The notes under the pieces: generated by a model | What the model was told of the DNA's origin: nothing | What the model saw: the letters and a program-made list of their open reading frames with translations, nothing else | The model's database searches: none | Position numbers and translations under genes: made by a program | NCBI GenBank assembly: GCA_040384765.1 | Contig: JAZKIQ010000001.1 | Location: forward strand, 122,627 to 160,124 | Source: Patescibacteria group bacterium | GTDB taxonomy: Bacteria; Patescibacteriota; Minisyncoccia; Phycocordibacterales; JBBUBG01 | Length of the DNA: 37,498 nucleotides | Reading direction: 5' to 3' | Shown: piece by piece, positions 34,271 to 37,498 of the stretch | Layout of the letters: every line of letters begins with the position of its first letter | Position numbering within the stretch: position 1 is the first letter of the stretch

Positions 34271-34377
34271 CTACAAATCCCCAGATCCGAGGCGTCGAGG
34301 AGAGACAAAGCAGAGTTGTAGATTAGCTACTACGAGGCTTTTCTCGACAAAGACAACGAAGGAGGTGGGGATTTTAG
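34271..34377. repeat. Interrupted-hairpin element
   Basis: AAATCCCCA-GATCCGAGGCGTCGAGGA...GTAG-attag-CTAC...GACAAAGACAACGAAGGAGG-TGGGGATTT. Confidence 0.75.
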
Positions 34378-34913
34378 GAATGATTTAGCAACTCGGCGAA
34401 TTTCTTTTGGACCTTTTCTAGCTTAGGGTTGATCACCACCTGGCAGTACATATTTTGTGGATTTCGCGCAAAATAGTCCTGGTGATACTCCTCGGCTGGA
34501 TAAAACGTATCGAGTGGCGATACCTCCGTAACAATCTTTCCACCCATCTCGCTTGAGCTGTTTAGGTCGGCAATAAACTTCTCTGCGGCGCCTTTTTGCT
34601 CAGGTGTTGTGTAAAAAATTGCAGAGCGATACTGAGTACCTACATCCGCACCTTGGCGATTGAGCTGTGAAGGATCGTGCGTGGCGAAGAACACCGTCAT
34701 GAGCGTCTCAAAAGTGACTAGGCTCGGATCGTATTCAATCTGGATCACCTCGGCATGACCCGTCGTGCCTGTACACACCTGTTCATAGGTAGGGTTTAGC
34801 ACGGCGCCGCCTGCGTACCCAGGCATAATCCCCTTTACCCCTTTCAACATCTTAAACACCGCCTCGGTACACCAGAAGCAACCCCCACCAAAGACTGCTT
34901 TTTCCGTATTCAT
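34374..34913 (-). CDS. msrA: Peptide methionine-S-sulfoxide reductase
   Basis: GGCFWC, GHAEV, QGADVGTQYRS, AEEYHQDY; TATACT 6 nt before ATG. Confidence 0.98.
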   Translation of the reverse strand: MNTEKAVFGGGCFWCTEAVFKMLKGVKGIMPGYAGGAVLNPTYEQVCTGTTGHAEVIQIEYDPSLVTFETLMTVFFATHDPSQLNRQGADVGTQYRSAIFYTTPEQKGAAEKFIADLNSSSEMGGKIVTEVSPLDTFYPAEEYHQDYFARNPQNMYCQVVINPKLEKVQKKFAELLNHS

Positions 34914-34921
34914 GCCCGCAG

Positions 34922-34966
34922 TATAACAAAAAGCACAGTTCCATAGGAACTGTGCTTTTTGTTATA
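34922..34966 (-). terminator. Intrinsic terminator, perfect 21-bp IR
   Basis: TATAACAAAAAGCACAGTTCC-ata-GGAACTGTGCTTTTTGTTATA after the helicase gene. Confidence 0.88.
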
Positions 34967-34979
34967 GGAACGCTAATAC

Positions 34980-36170
34980 TTAGTCGACGAAAGTGAGGGC
35001 CTTGCCGGTCTTGCCCGCCCGGCCGGTGCGGCCGATACGGTGAATATAATCCTCATATGTTGCCGGAAGATCAAAGTTGATCACGTGCGACACGTTTGGA
35101 ATATCAAGGCCGCGAGCAGCAACGTCTGTTGCCACAAGCGCCTTTACCTCGTTGTGCTTAAACTGGTTGAGGGCACGCACACGATGAGACTGCGTCTTGT
35201 CGCCATGAATCGAAGCAGATTTGATACCGCGACGCTCAAGATGCTGCGAAAGGCGCTCTACGCCATGCTTGGTTCGCCCGAAGATAAGCACTTTTTCAAA
35301 CTCATCTTTTGAGAGCATGTCATGCAGCACGTCGAGCTTGTCTGCGCCTGGCGCAATACGCACGACGTCCTGGTCCACTGCCTTTGATGTATCCCGAGTC
35401 TTCACTGAAATACGGACAGGATCATTAAGAAACTCGCCGACAAGCTTCTCGATCTCGCGCGAAAACGTCGCAGAGAAAAAGAGGGTCTGACGCGGAGTAG
35501 GCATGAGCTCTGCGAGATAGCGCATGTCGCCAATGAATCCCATATCAAGCATGCGATCTGCCTCGTCCATTACAAGCGTGTTGAAATAGCTGAGGTTGAG
35601 AACACCCTGCTCAATAAGATCCTTCAAGCGACCAGGGGTACCGATCACAAAGTTGTTGCGATACTGGAGTGCGCGAATCTGGCGGCCCATCGGCGCGCCA
35701 CCAACGCACGAGACAGAATGAATACCCATGCCTACTGCAAGCAAGCGAAGCTCGTCCTCGATCTGAAGCGCAAGCTCGCGAGTAGGTACGACCACGAGCA
35801 CACTCTCCTTCTTGTTCATCAGAATCTTCTGGAGAAGTGGTAGGAGAAATGCAGCCGTCTTGCCGGTGCCGGTATTGGCAATACCAACAACATCTTTGCC
35901 CATAAGAACCTGTGGAATCGCAGCGTCCTGGATCGGGCTTGGGTTTACATATCCACGACCAGCGACAGAACGCTTGATCCTTTCGTCAATAGGAAAATCA
36001 GCGAAAGAGTGTTTTGGAATAAACTCCTCTACGATAGAGGCCGACGGATCGGCGCGATTAATAAATTTTGATACGTCGCTAAACGAGCTTCGGCCTTTTG
36101 GGCCGCGGCTGCCGCTAAAACGACGGTTGGGGCCGCCCTGAGGGCGACCACGAAATGAGTTGCGATACAT
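34980..36170 (-). CDS. DEAD-box RNA helicase (RhlE-like)
   Basis: Q motif PSPIQ, TGTGKT, PTRELA, DEAD, SAT, ARGLD, HRIGRTGR; start ATG 36170 or GTG 36176. Confidence 0.96.
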   Translation of the reverse strand: MYRNSFRGRPQGGPNRRFSGSRGPKGRSSFSDVSKFINRADPSASIVEEFIPKHSFADFPIDERIKRSVAGRGYVNPSPIQDAAIPQVLMGKDVVGIANTGTGKTAAFLLPLLQKILMNKKESVLVVVPTRELALQIEDELRLLAVGMGIHSVSCVGGAPMGRQIRALQYRNNFVIGTPGRLKDLIEQGVLNLSYFNTLVMDEADRMLDMGFIGDMRYLAELMPTPRQTLFFSATFSREIEKLVGEFLNDPVRISVKTRDTSKAVDQDVVRIAPGADKLDVLHDMLSKDEFEKVLIFGRTKHGVERLSQHLERRGIKSASIHGDKTQSHRVRALNQFKHNEVKALVATDVAARGLDIPNVSHVINFDLPATYEDYIHRIGRTGRAGKTGKALTFVD

Positions 36171-36290
36171 ACACAAACGGCCTAAAGCCGCAGGTAGTCT
36201 TTATATTGAAAAGCAAGGCGACTACGATTCTCGGCGTCAGTCAGAAGGGCGAAACGCCTGAAAACTGAGGAGAAAACTTACTTAAATATA

Positions 36291-36319
36291 AGTATATACT
36301 ACTTTTTACCTATTGTCAA
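36291..36319 (-). promoter_or_regulatory. sigma70 promoter TTGACA-N17-TATACT for the helicase
   Basis: Near-perfect consensus about 115 nt upstream of the start. Confidence 0.8.
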
Positions 36320-36757
36320 TCACTCAAGGTGAAGTGGGCGTACCGGTGCGAGCACGGCTTTTGGGTTCGTCTTCCACTCATCGGAGATGTCTCGGTAGAG
36401 CTCAAGCTCATTGCCATCTGGGTCGAGAATATAGATGCTATGCGTCATTCCATGGTCAGCTGTACCCACGATCTGTACCCCATTTTTCTTGAGTTCGCGC
36501 CACGCCTGCGCGAGCTCATCCTCGGTGTCAGCAATTTTAAAACCAATATGGTAGAGACCAGGCTCCTGCCCCTTTGCTCGGGCAATGCCGCCCACCTCAA
36601 TCAGCAACAGCTCATGGTGAGTTCTACCGGAGCTAAACATTGCCATCGGACCCTGCCGCACAATCTCATGAAAGCCGAGTATGTCGCGATAAAAATCGGC
36701 AAGCTTTTTAACATCCGTAACGTAGAGCACTATGTGCCCAAGCTCTTTGATCGTCAT
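36320..36757 (-). CDS. VOC/glyoxalase family protein
   Basis: LGHIVLYV, FYRDILGF, GLYHIGF, YILDPDGNELE. Confidence 0.93.
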   Translation of the reverse strand: MTIKELGHIVLYVTDVKKLADFYRDILGFHEIVRQGPMAMFSSGRTHHELLLIEVGGIARAKGQEPGLYHIGFKIADTEDELAQAWRELKKNGVQIVGTADHGMTHSIYILDPDGNELELYRDISDEWKTNPKAVLAPVRPLHLE

Positions 36758-37329
36758 TCGATAAGAAGCGAAAGTGAATAATCGAACGCCTCGTCTGCCG
36801 TTTCAAACGTTTTCAAACCAAAGCGCTCTGCTTCAGCCTCGTATCGGGGCCGATCGTCCTCAAAAAACCCCTTTGCCTCAATACGCTGAAGCTCCTCCGT
36901 AGTGCCCCACCGAGGATCCTTCTTGTTACGCAAAAACACCTCCTCAAATGAGCGACCTACGAGCACCACCATCGGCATATCCAGATCTTGCCGAACAAGA
37001 TGTGGCAACAGATTTACGCTTTCAAAAATGACAGGCCTCGGCTCATTTTCATACGATCGTATTTTTGCAAGAAATGCTGGCCAAAACCCTTCTGACTGTC
37101 GGACGAGATCGTTCCACTGCTCCTCTTCCGAAGTTTCTGCATAGTACTGGGCCTCATCCTTCTCCCAGAAAAACTGCGTCCACAATCGATACGCCGGATC
37201 CTTTGAGAGCTCTTCGCGCAGGTCATCAAGATGCACGGCAACACCTCCGGTAGCAGCCGCAAGCTTCCGAGCAAGGTACGACTTCCCACCAGTGGGGATG
37301 CCCGTAATACAAAGACGTTTATAGGGCAT
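36754..37329 (-). CDS. P-loop kinase-like protein
   Basis: ITGIPTGGKSYLA, HLDDLR, IFES; start reassigned to ATG 37329. Confidence 0.85.
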   Translation of the reverse strand: MPYKRLCITGIPTGGKSYLARKLAAATGGVAVHLDDLREELSKDPAYRLWTQFFWEKDEAQYYAETSEEEQWNDLVRQSEGFWPAFLAKIRSYENEPRPVIFESVNLLPHLVRQDLDMPMVVLVGRSFEEVFLRNKKDPRWGTTEELQRIEAKGFFEDDRPRYEAEAERFGLKTFETADEAFDYSLSLLIE

Positions 37330-37498
37330 TGCGATACTGTTCGATATATTGGAGAAACTCTTCTCGCCCTGAAAGGAGCTTGGCCTCCACAAGCACCGGT
37401 GCAAACGCCTTTTCAATCTCCCTCCGCTCCTCTTCTGTCACCTCTGCAACAACTTTTGTTTCAAGAGGCACGTCGATACGCCAAACCAAGATGTATCC
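37319..37498 (-). CDS. Hypothetical protein, 3' end only
   Basis: Open frame GYILVWRIDVPLETKVVAEVTEEERREIEKAFAPVLVEAKLLSGREEFLQYIEQYRNAL*, overlapping the next start. Confidence 0.65.
   Translation of the reverse strand, partial: GYILVWRIDVPLETKVVAEVTEEERREIEKAFAPVLVEAKLLSGREEFLQYIEQYRNAL

Noticed and set aside
37319-37498. Possible frameshift fusing the terminal ORF with the kinase
   Set aside because: On recount the terminal frame is continuous to TAA at 37319 and simply overlaps the kinase start

Overview
A 37.5 kb chromosomal segment, very likely from a Patescibacteria/CPR (Parcubacteria-type) bacterium using standard code 11. The lineage call is an inference from the L32, NusB, short SMC and TGS-less ThrRS sequence styles. 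It carries housekeeping genes (rnr, smc, dnaQ-like, rnc, nusB, rpmF, rnhB, dnaE, thrS, uppP, mscL, msrA/B, a DEAD-box helicase) and envelope or secreted proteins. No transposase, integrase, RT, CRISPR array, tRNA or rRNA was recognised. Main observations: (1) Two expression grammars coexist. About 20 core genes have a TAnnnT -10 box 6-8 nt before the ATG and no SD (leaderless). Interspersed orphan genes have GGAGG-type SDs, most also have -35 boxes, and all have their own terminators. (2) Three promoter-to-terminator units of about 380-490 nt are hairpin-rich and have no convincing ORF, so they are candidate new ncRNAs. (3) The half-length SMC has a central CxxC, a Rad50-like zinc hook, where the hinge should be. 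(4) NusB is fused to a Nudix domain. (5) Several families of small inverted-repeat elements are present. One shows consistent orientation at gene 3' ends, and another has 6-bp target duplications that rewired a start codon. All calls are by eye; no database searches or folding programs were run.
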